A DNA stretch of 63,879 bases, the filler included, from Licmophora abbreviata (taxonomy: Eukaryota): the NCBI GenBank assembly GCA_900291995.1. It is 8 parts of 8 records of this genome, joined end to end, with 100 filler letters (N's around TTAATTAATTAA, not from the genome) between each part and the next. Parts side by side here need not be neighbours in the genome. Positions count along the whole stretch, not along the records: positions 39,669 to 45,770 come from OLMU01003679.1; positions 45,871 to 56,811 come from OLMU01003680.1; 6 more parts are not named here. One strand, 5' to 3'. Positions 43,890 through 55,990 of this stretch are shown piece by piece. The position numbers were made by a program, and so were the translations under genes. The notes below the pieces were generated by a model. It was not told the origin of the DNA and made no database searches. It was given only the letters and a program-made list of their open reading frames with translations. How positions within the stretch are numbered: the stretch's first letter is position 1; every line of letters begins with the position of its first letter.

Positions 43890-44010
43890 TGATGTTGTGA
43901 CTATTTCGGTACTACGCGTTCCTCTACTTTCTTTACTAAAACCGTACTAACGCTATCCTTGCAAGCATCATCACCGCTCTAGAGGGCCCCTGATGCGTCG
44001 CTCAATTTCC

Positions 44011-44610
44011 CTATTCTCTTTCTGCATCCCCACTCGTGTCGCACAAGACGCCAAAACGTGGAGAGAGCCGAGTACGAATAGGACGGAGGCCGCTACCCAA
44101 AACGCCATCACAATCACCCGCCTTGCCAGAGAACTTGGAGGACGACGACATGTCCAACCATGCAAGTGGCTCATGGTCGGTCGCAGTGCTTGTCCACAGA
44201 TTGGTGGTGCTACTAGTGTCCGACATGCTGTTCTGCTTGAACTTGCTTCGAAACAATGGAAGACGAGGACTGTCGTCTGGAGGAGGCGACCAAAGAGGAG
44301 GACGGCCACGAGAAGTTGAGGAGGCGTGCGGCAAAGGAGTCGATCGCGGCGGTGGTGTCCACAAGCCAAAGTCCACCTTGCTCGTTCGTTCACGTCGAGG
44401 TGCGGTCGAATCGCTCAAAGACTGTCTTCGTCGACGCGATCCATCAGCGCTGGCTTTATCACGGCTACGAGAAACCTTTTTGGCGCTCGGAGAACGGCCG
44501 TAGAACGGAGCCAGGATCGTATCGCGGTCGCGCTTCACCGACGACTTGCGAGGAAAGGCGACGCGCCTCGTCCTCACCATGGGGTGGCCGGCCGAGGAGG
44601 AGCTGTTCAT
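44011..44610 (-). CDS. hypothetical basic, Ser/Pro-rich disordered protein
   Basis: ATG at 44610 within an open frame; several S/T-P sites; E2F-like module upstream. Confidence 0.5.
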   Translation of the reverse strand: MNSSSSAGHPMVRTRRVAFPRKSSVKRDRDTILAPFYGRSPSAKKVSRSRDKASADGSRRRRQSLSDSTAPRRERTSKVDFGLWTPPPRSTPLPHASSTSRGRPPLWSPPPDDSPRLPLFRSKFKQNSMSDTSSTTNLWTSTATDHEPLAWLDMSSSSKFSGKAGDCDGVLGSGLRPIRTRLSPRFGVLCDTSGDAERE

Positions 44611-44740
44611 GGTTTCAACTCTTGTTTCATGTTTTTTTCGGCATGTGCTGCCCAGGAGGAGTGGTTCATGGTCGACATTTGGGTTGTGATGTTTTTGGAC
44701 AAGTTCATGCGCAGAAACCGACTGATGACTGCCTGACCCA

Positions 44741-44815
44741 AATTTAAAATGGCGGGAAAACCGGTTCGAACAAAAAAGCGGATGACGGCCAGCCCATCTA
44801 TTTGTCACCCGGAGT
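44741..44815 (-). promoter_or_regulatory. E2F-type site with adjacent CHR-like TTTAAA plus 13-bp companion motif (copy 2)
   Basis: The minus strand reads TTTTCCCGCCATTTTAAATT; TGTCACCCGGAGT is at 44803-44815. Confidence 0.55.
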
Positions 44816-44862
44816 TTAATGAACCTCGAGAGAACAAGACGACGAGCCTTCACTAGATTGAG

Positions 44863-45567
44863 CTAGTCCCACTGACCCAACCTGTTGTCATCCTCACTGC
44901 TCGTACCCCCCTTAGACTGTCCCCCGATACCAAAGATTCGATTCAATGTGTCCTTATCCTTACCGAGATTCGGGTTCATTGACAAATCCTCCGCCGTCTC
45001 GGAGGGAGGCCGAAGCTGCCATCCTTCAGGGACCACCTTGACCGGCACATTGAGACCCCGACAAAAGGTTTCCAGCTGATCCAATTGTGTGGTTTGTGGA
45101 ACAGGCTGGTAGAATTCCATCTCCTTTAGCATCTGAGCGAACTCGACACACTCGTCGCCGGATTCAAACGCAAGTATGACATTGTTCCCAGAGCCTTTTG
45201 GAAACTCAATAGTGTGTACTCCCTGCTGTGCATCAGGATCATCGGAGCCTGGATTGAAGACAACAATATGAACTGCCATTTCGGGGTCGACTGAAGAAGT
45301 CGTAGTATCGGATGATAGTAGATTGTAGTATTGATTCATTTGCTCTTGCATTCGCTTCTGAAGCTCGGTGGATAAGAATTTGCTGTCATCATCTTCCTGG
45401 TCTGGTGGGAGTCTTGAGGACTGTAGACTGGCGAGTGGCTTCGATCGACGACGATGAGCACGTTTCGCAGTAGGATGCGAGACAAAGCTGTGCTGAGACC
45501 AGGCTGCGACCGATGACAGCAGAGAGCACAGCAGCAAGAGATAGGATGATGTGATGGTCGTCGTCAT
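44863..45567 (-). CDS. DUF3110-family protein, predicted plastid targeted
   Basis: VHIVVFNPG...GVHTIE...VILAFES..EC..FA..L...F..P...LETFC...LRPP; signal peptide ending VAA|W. Confidence 0.75.
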   Translation of the reverse strand: MTTTITSSYLLLLCSLLSSVAAWSQHSFVSHPTAKRAHRRRSKPLASLQSSRLPPDQEDDDSKFLSTELQKRMQEQMNQYYNLLSSDTTTSSVDPEMAVHIVVFNPGSDDPDAQQGVHTIEFPKGSGNNVILAFESGDECVEFAQMLKEMEFYQPVPQTTQLDQLETFCRGLNVPVKVVPEGWQLRPPSETAEDLSMNPNLGKDKDTLNRIFGIGGQSKGGTSSEDDNRLGQWD

Positions 45568-45972
45568 GCTGGTAACGGAGGATCTTGAAGTCTTTTCAGT
45601 ATCTTTCAAAAATACTCAGGAATCTTCCGCCAAAGTCCCCTTTAGAGATAGATTCCTACCAGGTGCGATGTTTGACGGAGACGAATACTTTCAGTCGAGA
45701 CGAGGACGGCGAGAAGATCTCGGATGTACGAGTATAGAATAGAGCAACAGCACATTGCCCAAGACTCTGANNNNNNNNNNNNNNNNNNNNNNNNNNNNNN
45801 NNNNNNNNNNNNNNTTAATTAATTAANNNNNNNNNNNNNNNNNNNNNNNNNNNNNNNNNNNNNNNNNNNNGCAAGCTGGAAGAGAGTCCAGCGACAGAAA
45901 CGTACACTCTGTACCATGCTCTACATCACCGTAGAGTGTGCGTAGACCTAGGTACCAAAGGTGGCTGACATC

Positions 45973-48049
45973 ATGCAGAAAGATTCAGATCCATCCGTTC
46001 AGGAAGCATTCCACGACATCACACCTGAAGCATTTTTCCGTCGGCCACCCTCACACACACATACAGTCACCCTCATGGCCGCCGCCGGACCTGCGAGTAG
46101 TGCCGATCCACCGACCATGGCTGCAGCCCCTCAGGACCTTGCCCGCGTGGCTGGGAACGAAGCCTTGAAGCGCGTGACCGACTTTGAGTCGTTCAGCTCG
46201 TTGCGAAAGAAGAGCAATGAGAGAGGCGGCGGGATCATGCAGCTCGATTGGGACGATTTGGACCGCGGTCCGCTGGTCGGCGAGGGAGCCTTTTCCTCTG
46301 TCTACACTGTGACTCTCCTGCGCCCCCGGCGACTCGAGTCCTTTGTATCCTTCAGTGACGATGAGGAAGAACAAGACAGAAAAGGCAGCGGCCGTTCTGC
46401 GTCTCTTCACCAGGCACGAACCTACGCCCTGAAATGTCTGCAGCCGTACGTGACAAAGGACCAAAAGAGTTTCACCAGTGCTGCCGTCGATCTCGCCTTG
46501 GAAGCGCACCTACTCTCCCGACTGTCACATGAACACATCATATCCATTCACGGAGTCACTGCAGGCTGTATCTCCACTTCCTTCTCCGAAAACGACGGCG
46601 GCTTCTTCCTCCTTCTGGATCTCATGGTCGATACGCTCGATCGCAAGCTCGATGCGTGGGAGGAACGGGAGTCACAGAAGGGCTTTCGCATCCGGAATAT
46701 CACTCCTCGCTCTTGGAAACCCTTTCATCACAAGACACATCGGCAGCAGCTTGATCGGTTGGAACATGTCGCCTTGGGCATTGCCCGTGGTCTCGAGTAT
46801 CTTCACGACAACAACATCATGTACCGTGACCTCAAGCCGCAGGTAAGTGTTAAGCATCCATCTGTACTTCAAGGGCTACTACTTCACTTCTTGAACAACA
46901 GTGTCCTCACCGAATCTCTCTCTTGCTTACCACTGCTATCATTACTCCAACAGAACATTGGCTTTGATGAGAACGATGTCGTGCGCATCTTTGATTTCGG
47001 ATTGGCGCGTGAGGTGGATCAAGCACGCCGCGATAAGGGTATTGAAATGAGACAGCTCACAGGGGAAGCCGGGACACCGCGATATATGGCCCCGGAAGTG
47101 GCGCGCAAGGAAGGTGAGTACTTGGGTGCGCACTGTCAAGACGCGGAAGCATCCACGTCATGACTTGCACATGCTAACCCGACGTCGCTTGCTTTCTTTT
47201 CTTCTCTCAGGCTTTGATTTTAGCAGCGACGTCTACTCCTTCTCACTGCTGCTTTGGGAGATTTGCACTCTTCAAAAGCCCTTTGAAGAATACAAGTCTC
47301 GCGTCAAGTTTGAAAACTGCGTGGTCCATGGTGGCGTCAGGCCACCTCTACAGAAAATCGCATTTCCCAAGGTCGCCAGAGTTGTTCAAGAAGGATGGGA
47401 CGATGATCCCAGGAAACGAGCTTCCATGAGGACCATGCGCGAGGCCATTGAGGATGTCCTACAAGAGGCACACGAGCGAGAGGCGGCTCTGCTCAAGCGT
47501 CGCAGTCGTCGAGGACGATTCCTGCCAGCCAGGAAGACTGCGGAATTTGCATCCACGGAAAATACAGGCGAGCTTGATACGTGCTCGCGACGACGCACAT
47601 CCTTCGGACTGGGGAACTCCAGACACTCTTCCGAACACGGTGGCAAGCCAGGATCGTTCCGCGTGTCGTTCTCTCGTGTCCTCCCGACACGACGTCACAG
47701 TGAATCATCACTCATCGAGGCTGCTGCCGCCGATGCTGCTGCTGCTCTTGAAGTAGAAGAAGCACCACGCCGCAGGTCAAATCAAAGTGGTTCCTTTGCG
47801 TCTGTAGCCAGCGCGAACTCTTCTCGAGGAGGATCGCGTCGCGGCAGCGGCGCCTCTCAGGGCTCGGCCGCTTCCAGGAGGCTGGACGACAGCCGCGGTA
47901 GCAAGCGCTCTACTCTCGCCGAAGCCATGATCGAAACGCTGGCGATGGAAGCCAAGGAAAACAAGAAACTACTTCGACAACGTTCGTTGCTTCGATCGAA
48001 ACTTTTTCGAAAGTCAACCAGGAAGACGAAGACCGGAACGGCGGCGTGA
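45973..48049 (+). CDS. diatom-type TKL-like protein kinase; introns 46843-46953 and 47114-47210
   Basis: GEGAFSSVY, YALKCL, YRDLKPQ|NIGFD, IFDFGLARE, GTPRYMAPE and SDVYSFSLLLWE. Confidence 0.9.
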
Positions 48050-48248
48050 TGGCTACCACTAGAGAGTCTACACTACGACAGCTACGCCCATGCTCCTTTA
48101 GAATGAAATATTACTGCGTCGCGCAGGCGTGCCTCTTAAACTTGAGGACGATGCATCTTGTCACCAATGCGAAGCCTGCACACATATTAGCTAGGGATGT
48201 TGCAATAATTAGTTCAAGCAACAATAAGACCCATTAAATGCATATAGC

Positions 48249-49358
48249 CTAGGCCGCGGGCGTCTTCTCATTTTGACGCGAGAAGGAAACTTCGATCGGA
48301 GGCATGCAGGCAGGTGGCACTCGTGCGGTACGCGTTGAAGCAATGCCTGTAGGCGTAGCCTCCTGCTGCTCCTGTTCCCACTCGGCGCCGTTACCAGCAA
48401 CTATTAGAGGCTGTTCCTGTTCCTTTTTAATAGAGTCCTTTGAAGGCGTCGCCCTGGCGACCTGCTCGAGTTCCTCGGTCAGTTCTGCAATGTACTGTTG
48501 ACACTTCTCCAGTCTCGAAGCCTGCTTCTGTATAATCTCTTTTCTGCCATTTAGTTTTGCGCGGAGACGCTCAATCTCCTGGACAAGTCTCTTCTCCTTG
48601 TTTGCATTCTGGCTCTTGACACCATCAAGCTCTTGGCGCAGGAAATTGACTGTTTGGCCTTGTATCTGTTGACTCTTTTCCATACTTTGAATGGCAGAAT
48701 CACGACACTTGACTCGCACCTGCCACTCGCTAATCAGTTTGTTCTTTTCTCGTTCCAGTTCGGTCATTTGCATCAAGAGTTCATGCTCCATGCGCTCCCG
48801 TTCCTCTTGAAGCTGTTTTGGGCTACCAGCCCTGTTGCCGTTGTTCCACCACGTCTTGCTGTTATTGCTACTGGTAGGATCAAAGTCGATTTTTTCGGAC
48901 ATGGCTCGTCTCATGAGGGACGGGTCCTCTGATCTTCTTCGTATTTTGGAGCTTTCTGCAGACGAAGAGCCGCTCTTTATGGAGGACGAAGAGACGGAGG
49001 GGCCAGTCGACGAGTTCACCGACTTAGAGTCGTCCACAGCCGTCCCGTTCGACTCATTTTTGGATCTCACAAAGAGCTTGGAGAAGGGGACACTTCTCGG
49101 GGCTGCGTTAGTAGTCTTGAGCTTTTCCAGCTTGGCAATAACACCCCGAAGCTCCGCCTCACGTTCTTTGGCGCTCTCCAGTTCGGAATGTAGAAAACTA
49201 GTCCTCTCTTGGTACTCTTGCTTTTCCACCTGCAGGAGCTCCACTTCTTGCCAACTTTCCAGCAGAGCCGCCTTCGTAGACTCTCTCAGCTCCTCCAGCT
49301 GCAGCCGAACATCCTCATCGCTCTGCTTCGGCGCAAATCGAACGCCTCGTCTCGACAT
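48249..49358 (-). CDS. coiled-coil hypothetical protein
   Basis: 369-aa ORF with two E/K/L/Q heptad-rich segments. Confidence 0.7.
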   Translation of the reverse strand: MSRRGVRFAPKQSDEDVRLQLEELRESTKAALLESWQEVELLQVEKQEYQERTSFLHSELESAKEREAELRGVIAKLEKLKTTNAAPRSVPFSKLFVRSKNESNGTAVDDSKSVNSSTGPSVSSSSIKSGSSSAESSKIRRRSEDPSLMRRAMSEKIDFDPTSSNNSKTWWNNGNRAGSPKQLQEERERMEHELLMQMTELEREKNKLISEWQVRVKCRDSAIQSMEKSQQIQGQTVNFLRQELDGVKSQNANKEKRLVQEIERLRAKLNGRKEIIQKQASRLEKCQQYIAELTEELEQVARATPSKDSIKKEQEQPLIVAGNGAEWEQEQQEATPTGIASTRTARVPPACMPPIEVSFSRQNEKTPAA

Positions 49359-49721
49359 GGTGGATGCTTGTGCCGCCTATCATACAAATGAAATGTCTGG
49401 AACCTTCAGTTTTCAATTTGGGGGAAAGGATCTCACATTGTCATCGGTACACTCTCTACGAGAGAGTACGAAAAGGGAGTTATTGATACAATGACTGTTT
49501 GTATCGTGACCAATGTCCGATATGTAGAATATTGAATATTGCCCATTGTATGTCATTCAGAATGTCTCGTAAACAGTAAACACACTTTCCACATCATGGA
49601 GAGATACACTGCGCGCTATTAGAGACTCCTACGTACAAAAGAGCTCGCGATGCGATTTGATGTTACATGTTCGAATGATGTCAACCAAGACATCACACGG
49701 CACATCGATCTCGACCCTACA

Positions 49722-50372
49722 ATGCTTCCCAACACATTCCTTCCTCAAACTACCCTTGCGGTCAGCATACTTCTGACATCTACGTTGTTACCCGAGCAGC
49801 CGATTCCAATTCTCGATGTCATCAAAGTGTATGGTACTCTCGCTGGCCCTCATTGCTATGGCGGAACATCGGCTCCATCGGGCAGTTCATGTCAACTACG
49901 CTATGACGAACTCGTCGATGCGTTGGGATTTACTAAACTAACGACGAGGAGCAGTAGTTTCGTTACCAAGGAAGACTTGCGTACCAAACTGGAACAGCTT
50001 GAATTTCAGTGGCCCCTCAAGCCGTATGGAGTGAACGATCAGTCGTTGGAAAAGACGAGTACAATGAACAAGGGAGCGGAAACGAAAGTATACATGGATG
50101 AGCTAGAATCACGAGGACTGTACGATCGAAGGAATCCAACGGGACCTCTTCCTACGTCCCTTCGACCGAAACTGAATGACGTCCTCCAACGAGAAGGACT
50201 GCAACAGAGCAGAGCAACTGTCGATCGTGTGTTTCAGGTACTTGGAGGTAATGACAGAACGAACGAGCTCCGCCTAGAACAGCTTCAATCGAAGGTGTTT
50301 CCCGAACGTCCCTATCTCGACTTTTACGGCTTTTTGGATCTTCTCGGAAAAGAGCAAGTATTCTGGCCATAG
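49722..50372 (+). CDS. hypothetical protein
   Basis: Open frame with globular composition (FQWPLKPYG, YDRRNPTGPLPTSLRP); no domain recognised. Confidence 0.65.
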   Translation: MLPNTFLPQTTLAVSILLTSTLLPEQPIPILDVIKVYGTLAGPHCYGGTSAPSGSSCQLRYDELVDALGFTKLTTRSSSFVTKEDLRTKLEQLEFQWPLKPYGVNDQSLEKTSTMNKGAETKVYMDELESRGLYDRRNPTGPLPTSLRPKLNDVLQREGLQQSRATVDRVFQVLGGNDRTNELRLEQLQSKVFPERPYLDFYGFLDLLGKEQVFWP

Positions 50373-50570
50373 AAGAAAGCGCACGCACACAAGAATGAAT
50401 CAACGCGTGTTCCGCAGCATGTAGCTTCCGAAGATCACTAGATTAGACCAGAGTTACTGTACTGCAGTAGTCGATGCGCCTCAAACACGCTGTCCCAGAC
50501 CAAAAATCGCGACAAGAACCACCACAACCACCATCTCACTATCCATATCATGATTCCAGTCGGCAGTCGC

Positions 50571-50942
50571 CTAACGATCATTGATTGTCACATCGACTTC
50601 GACACCAGGTTCGATACTGATGGACGTGATCTGCTTGACGACTTCCGACGGAGCATGCAAATCAATCAAACGCTTGTGGATGCGCATTTCAAAGCGATCC
50701 CACGTGTTGGTACCCTCTCCCGAAGGAGCCTTGCGGGTGGTAATTTTCAACTTTTTGGTCGGCATGCGCACGGGACCCGAGACGTGCAACTTCTTGTCCA
50801 AGGCACCCTTTTTCAAATCCGCGCAAACCTTCTCAATGTTCTTTACATTGCGGGACGTCAGCGTGATGCGAATGCGATGAACCTCCTGCTCTTCCGAGGA
50901 ACCGGCGGCGGAGGCATCCTTCTTTGGGGGCACGTACGACAT
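50571..50942 (-). CDS. RPS20: 40S ribosomal protein S20 (uS10)
   Basis: [19 protein letters not shown]...[35 protein letters not shown]. Confidence 0.97.
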   Translation of the reverse strand: MSYVPPKKDASAAGSSEEQEVHRIRITLTSRNVKNIEKVCADLKKGALDKKLHVSGPVRMPTKKLKITTRKAPSGEGTNTWDRFEMRIHKRLIDLHAPSEVVKQITSISIEPGVEVDVTINDR

Positions 50943-51452
50943 GAGGAACTGAGAAAGCTACTTTTTGAAAAAAATCGACTAGATCCAGACTTCCGACTGA
51001 AATTTCAAGACACACAGTGTGTAGAAGAAAACAATGAGTGTGAGATGGACGTGTGATGTTAAAAAGGGAGTCTCTGCAGAGCCAAAAAAGACGGCATGGT
51101 GCATACCTAGAGCAAAGTGAAGAAGTGAACACCTTTGTGGACGCGGGATGTGCGGCGACGGGTGTCCCTCGTAGAACTGGTACGAGAGCTACGTTGAAAA
51201 GAGAAGTAATCAGTAACGCGGTAAACAAACTTTGGGCCCAGCGACGAGCTACGGCATTCGGTGAACATGGTTTGGAGCTCGCTTCAACCGCAACTTCCAA
51301 ATTGAAAATTGCATTTGGATTTCGAGATAAAGATGGCGAGACACGGCTGTCTTCATCCAGCAGTGTGTGTTCAGTGGTCAGGTTTGTTGTGTCTCCTGTG
51401 TCACCCTTCTCAGGTTTTGAAGAAGAGGATGGAAGCGTCAAAGTAGTCTACA

Positions 51453-53615
51453 ATGGCACCGTCCTCTGGTATAGAACGTACCGACAATGATGTACTTTTG
51501 GGACGTGGGGCTGCGACTCGCGATCATTTCGGCAATCGCCAATTTCGAAACCTAGTAATTCAATACCGAGACGCCTACGCTGCGGCTCCGTCCTGGGAAC
51601 GAAAGACAAAGATTGCTACCGAAATTCAGGATATCTTACAGAGACTCTCGCCTCCGGGAAGATTCCTGAAACCTAGTCCGATTGGGGAAAATGCGTGGAT
51701 CGAGGTGGATTCGAAAAAAACAGTACGAAAGATCAAGCAGGCGTTGCGAGAACGCTGCAAATCAACACAAGAGGGAGAAGAAGGATTGATGGCAGTCACT
51801 ACCACTTCTGGTGGTGGTAGTAAACCGACAGAAGTGTCTCCACAAGTGACGATGCCGTTATCGTTACTAGGAATACCGTTTCCTGCCCCAGCAACGCCCT
51901 GGAATACGGCGCCGTTGCCCTCGCTCTCCATGTACGGTGGTCTCTTCTCGACTCCGTATCTTCAGAACAACCACAACAACATCCTGTTGCAGAATTCACT
52001 TCCAATCTATCAGGTCCAGCAGGCGCAAGAGATCTGTAGGCGGATATCCTTGGGCGAGGCTGGACTATCTTCTTTGTTGCAAACATCCCCAGAACAGTCG
52101 ATGGGGCAACCGACTCCGTCTTCTGGGGTCCATAGCAATAGCAGCAACTATTGCAGCCGGACGGTGAGCGACTTCAATCCATCGACTGGAAAGACAGTCT
52201 CAAGCGATGTCGATAACGACGATCAGCAGAAGCCAAGCAGCATTCACGGAGAGCAACCGTCGGCGAGACGAAAACAGTACAGCCATGCTGCAGCAAGTAC
52301 GGAGGTACATGACGACGATGCAATTAATGGAATACCACAAGAGGCGCCCGATACCGACGTTCAACTGAACTCTGAGGATGTTGCTGCCGCCCAGTTTCTA
52401 TTTTCCGCCTTGACGGAATCCAATCAGACCACTTGGAACGACCTAGAACGAGAGCGAGAACAACTCACAAAAGAAGATAAGGGGGTAGCCATGGCTGATA
52501 TGTTTGGAGCTCTTTGTGAGATACACCCGAAACGAAAACGAGCACGACGGGGCTTAAACCAGAGTGTCGATCCGGTCGACTCGTCAATCAAAGAACTGAA
52601 GCGTGAGCTGGAAGCTATTCCCAGGTATTCCAAGCTGGCGCTGTCGGAGGCACAAGAGGCAGCTTCCCCGACAGAGTTCAGCGACAGACGACTGAAGCTT
52701 TTTCTGCAACGAGACGGCATGGATGCAAAGGTACGTCAAAAAGGTCGACCTGCACCTATATCTGTTTAAGAGTGCGTGATTACAAAGAGGAATTGCCATC
52801 TCTGATCATCGCCATATAATCTTCAACGACAGCTAGCGGCACAGCGTATCGTGACATATTGGGAAGAACGCCGAGCATTATTTGGTCCTGAGAAATTTCA
52901 TCTTCCAATGACATTGAGCGGCGCCATGCGTGACGATCAGGAAGTCGTAGCACGTGGGATCCTCTTCCTTGTTCCAGGATTAGACATGTCTGGTAGGCAG
53001 GTTGGTGTGTATGTCCAACGCCTGCACACAAGGGACAACTACGATACTCGAAGTCTGGTACGTGCCCAGAATGTGAAAGCATGCCCCAATGAAAGGTCTC
53101 CACCGCTGTACACAGAACGAACGCGCTTACAAGACTTCCTTGCCTATCGATCACTGTCATAGCTCCGTGTCATGTGGTTCTACCACGAGCTTGCCGCGCT
53201 CCACCCCAATGCCGCCAATGGCACTGTCCGCTTCATGTGGCCCGTCGGCGCCTCGATGTGGGACGTGGACCTTGAGTTTGAGTTCACAGCTACGAATCTA
53301 GAATTGACCGCGCTGCCTGTCCGCATTTGTGCCAATCATGTCTGTTGCTTGCCGCGCCTGATTTCGACGTTTGTTACACCAATTGGACTAGCTCAAGTGG
53401 ACAAGGATACGCGCTCTCGCACGGTGCTCCATAACGTCCCACAGGATCAGATCGTCTCAAAGCTATTAGACTATGGAATTCCGCCTCACATGATACCAAA
53501 TGAGATGGGAGGAGCAAGCAAGTATAAACATGACGAGTGGACCCCGAAACTTAAAAGACTGCTAGACGAGAAACTAGAAGCAGGATTTGAAGAGTTCGAT
53601 TGGGCAGAGCTATGA
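51453..53615 (+). CDS. DUF6824-like domain + CRAL-TRIO/Sec14-like domain protein; introns 52731-52832 and 53058-53162
   Basis: NDVLLGRG...HFGNRQFRNLV...PPGRFL...KIKQALRE; C-terminal FLQRDGMDAK|LAAQRIVTYWEERRALFG, LPVRICANHVC and YGIPPHMIPNEMGG. Confidence 0.78.
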
Positions 53616-53784
53616 TGCACTGGCGTGTGCTAGCCAGCCGATGCTCCACAGGGACTTACTGTACATGAAACTGGTTTTCTGCTATAGAACTAGACGATCA
53701 CTTGTGGTACTCACCTTTAACATTGGTATGCGAGATACCATGGAGTTCTTACTTATTGTTATAGCGGCATTGCCCTACCTTCTC

Positions 53785-55632
53785 CTACCCTGCGGACTTC
53801 GATGCCGCCGCCGCCGCCGCTGGTGACGCCGTATTGCAAATAGCCGCCTGTTGACCCAGTTTTCCCTTTGTAGAAGGCGCGCCCGGGACGGGATCTGCCT
53901 GCGCCACCTGCCGGTACAAGTCCCAGTTCATTTTGAGAATCTCCCATTCACCGCTTTCGCGGTATCCACCTGGCACGTTGTTGTCGTTGGCAAACTTCTG
54001 AACAATATCTCGCAACTGTGGATACTTGCTGCGCGGCATACTAGGGAACAAATGATGCTCAAGCTGATACTGCATCCCGCCCCAGAGCCATTCGGAAAAA
54101 GGATTTGTCATTACTGCATTCCGTGTTGACAAGAACTGGGCCGTGACCCAATCAGGCTGATAGTCAGGAAACAGGTCTTCCGACTGGTGTGTCGGTGTGA
54201 CAATCAAGGCGCTAATCAAACCACTCAAGAGAACAGCTGGTACCCAAACGTTCAGCGGAAAGAGAGTCAAGAGTACAAAGTAGTGAACAATCAACGCAAA
54301 AAGCTCGCTCTTGGCACCCTGTCTCTTTTGCTCGATGGCATCTACCACCACGGTCAAACTGTCGACCCGCCACAGTGCAAAAAGGAATGAAAAGGGAATG
54401 TAAAAGATCCAGTGCTGAATTTTGCGAAGCGGCGAGTCGTTTTCCGGAGCCGGTGCCCACTGGAAGAGAAAGGGGTCCGTTGCGATATCCTCGTCCACTC
54501 CCATTTCGTTCGCTGCAAATTCAAAAGTGAAACCAACGCATCATCAGCACAAGTGAGTCGCGAGGTCCCTCACACGCACTACTCGACGATATCAGCCAAT
54601 AATACGTACTCAAGGCATGATGTTTATTGTGCTTGTCACTCCACCAGGTGGGCGCAAGTCCCGCCGCAAGGGCTGCAAAGTTACGCATCTTTCCACTAAA
54701 GTCATCCGTTCCATGCACGTAATCATGTCCCAGCCATCCAGCGCTGGTCATACTGAGAGCCAGTAAAAAGACGGAGAGTGGCGGTGCCGCGGAGGCAGTC
54801 AACGCAGCAGACATTACCAGTGAGCTCCAAATAGTGAGCAGCTTTGCTTCGTGTACGACATCTCGTTCCCACCACCCGTCTTGCTCCAGCTTGTCCCGTA
54901 GTTCTCGGAATGCCAATTGGATCTTTGAATCAGGCTCCACATCTTGATCCAGTAGGGCTACTGTACTCTCGCTACTCTTTGGGAGTCTCTGGTACATTCC
55001 CTTGGCCTTGTCGGTGTGGAAGGCATCCATGACTTCGGTCGCATCACGTCCATCGTAGTAGTCAATCCAGTGCTCACCCGCGGGGTGTGCCTTTCTCCAG
55101 CCTAGTACAAAGTTAGTAAGAGTACGCGGAAACAAGCACAGATTGAGTCAATAAACAAAGAGAGGTGAGTCATCATATGAACGCCGTTGACAAGCAAAAC
55201 GCAAAATACAACGCTCGATGGACTGCTAGCTAGAAAAGCATGCCGGAATAGAGTGTGCATCTACTTACCAGATAGATCATACCACGTGTTGTGAATGCGT
55301 ACATCGAGAGAAGTACGACACTGGGAATCGTCACAGGCGTCCACCTCAACGCAGTTGGCCTCCTCATCGCACTCCCAAGCCTGAGGGGGCTGAGAAACCT
55401 GAGGACGCGGATTTAGCTTAGCATCGTCATCTGTTGTTGTCTCGGGGAAGGGAAGATCGACGGTAGATGAGGAGGAGAGCTTGATATGAGCTTCCCAGGG
55501 CAACGGTCGCAGCTGGGACAGCCCGAACGTAGTACTAGCCGAAAGTGGCGAAACAGGAGCGAAACCGTGTGCCTTGTTTGAACCGCAGAGGGCCAAAACT
55601 GACAGCAGGAGATGACGACTCGGAGCCCTCAT
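53785..55632 (-). CDS. cytochrome b5-fused front-end fatty acid desaturase (delta-6-like), predicted plastid targeted; introns 55102-55268 and 54513-54609
   Basis: HPAG heme motif; His boxes HDYVH, HNKHH and QLEHH; signal peptide followed by AHG|FAP. Confidence 0.9.
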
Positions 55633-55990
55633 GGTGGTCGTTTGCTTTGAAAATAAGAATAAATTATAGAGAGAAGGATGATGCTGACTTGTTTTCCTCC
55701 CAAACTTTGATTGGAAGTTGTGTTTCTTCCCGTCATCCTCATCACAGCAATCCGACGTTCTTCATGCGATGATGCCCGGTCGCCTTTTTGACTTGCGTCA
55801 TCGTTCTACACTCGTGACTGAAGTAGGCTCCACAAGATTCGGAATGAGTCATGGACTGGAATCACGAGTTCGTTTTCAGTCATGAATTTGTCGTCTCGCG
55901 TTTCGAGTCTTGATGCAAAAGGCTGCTGTTGCCACTCTTATATGATATAAAACACTCTTACATGATCCCTGCTTCCCTTCAAACATCGAC

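Noticed and set aside
50550..51056. 168-aa plus-strand ORF
   Set aside because: Antisense shadow of the codon-biased RPS20 gene.
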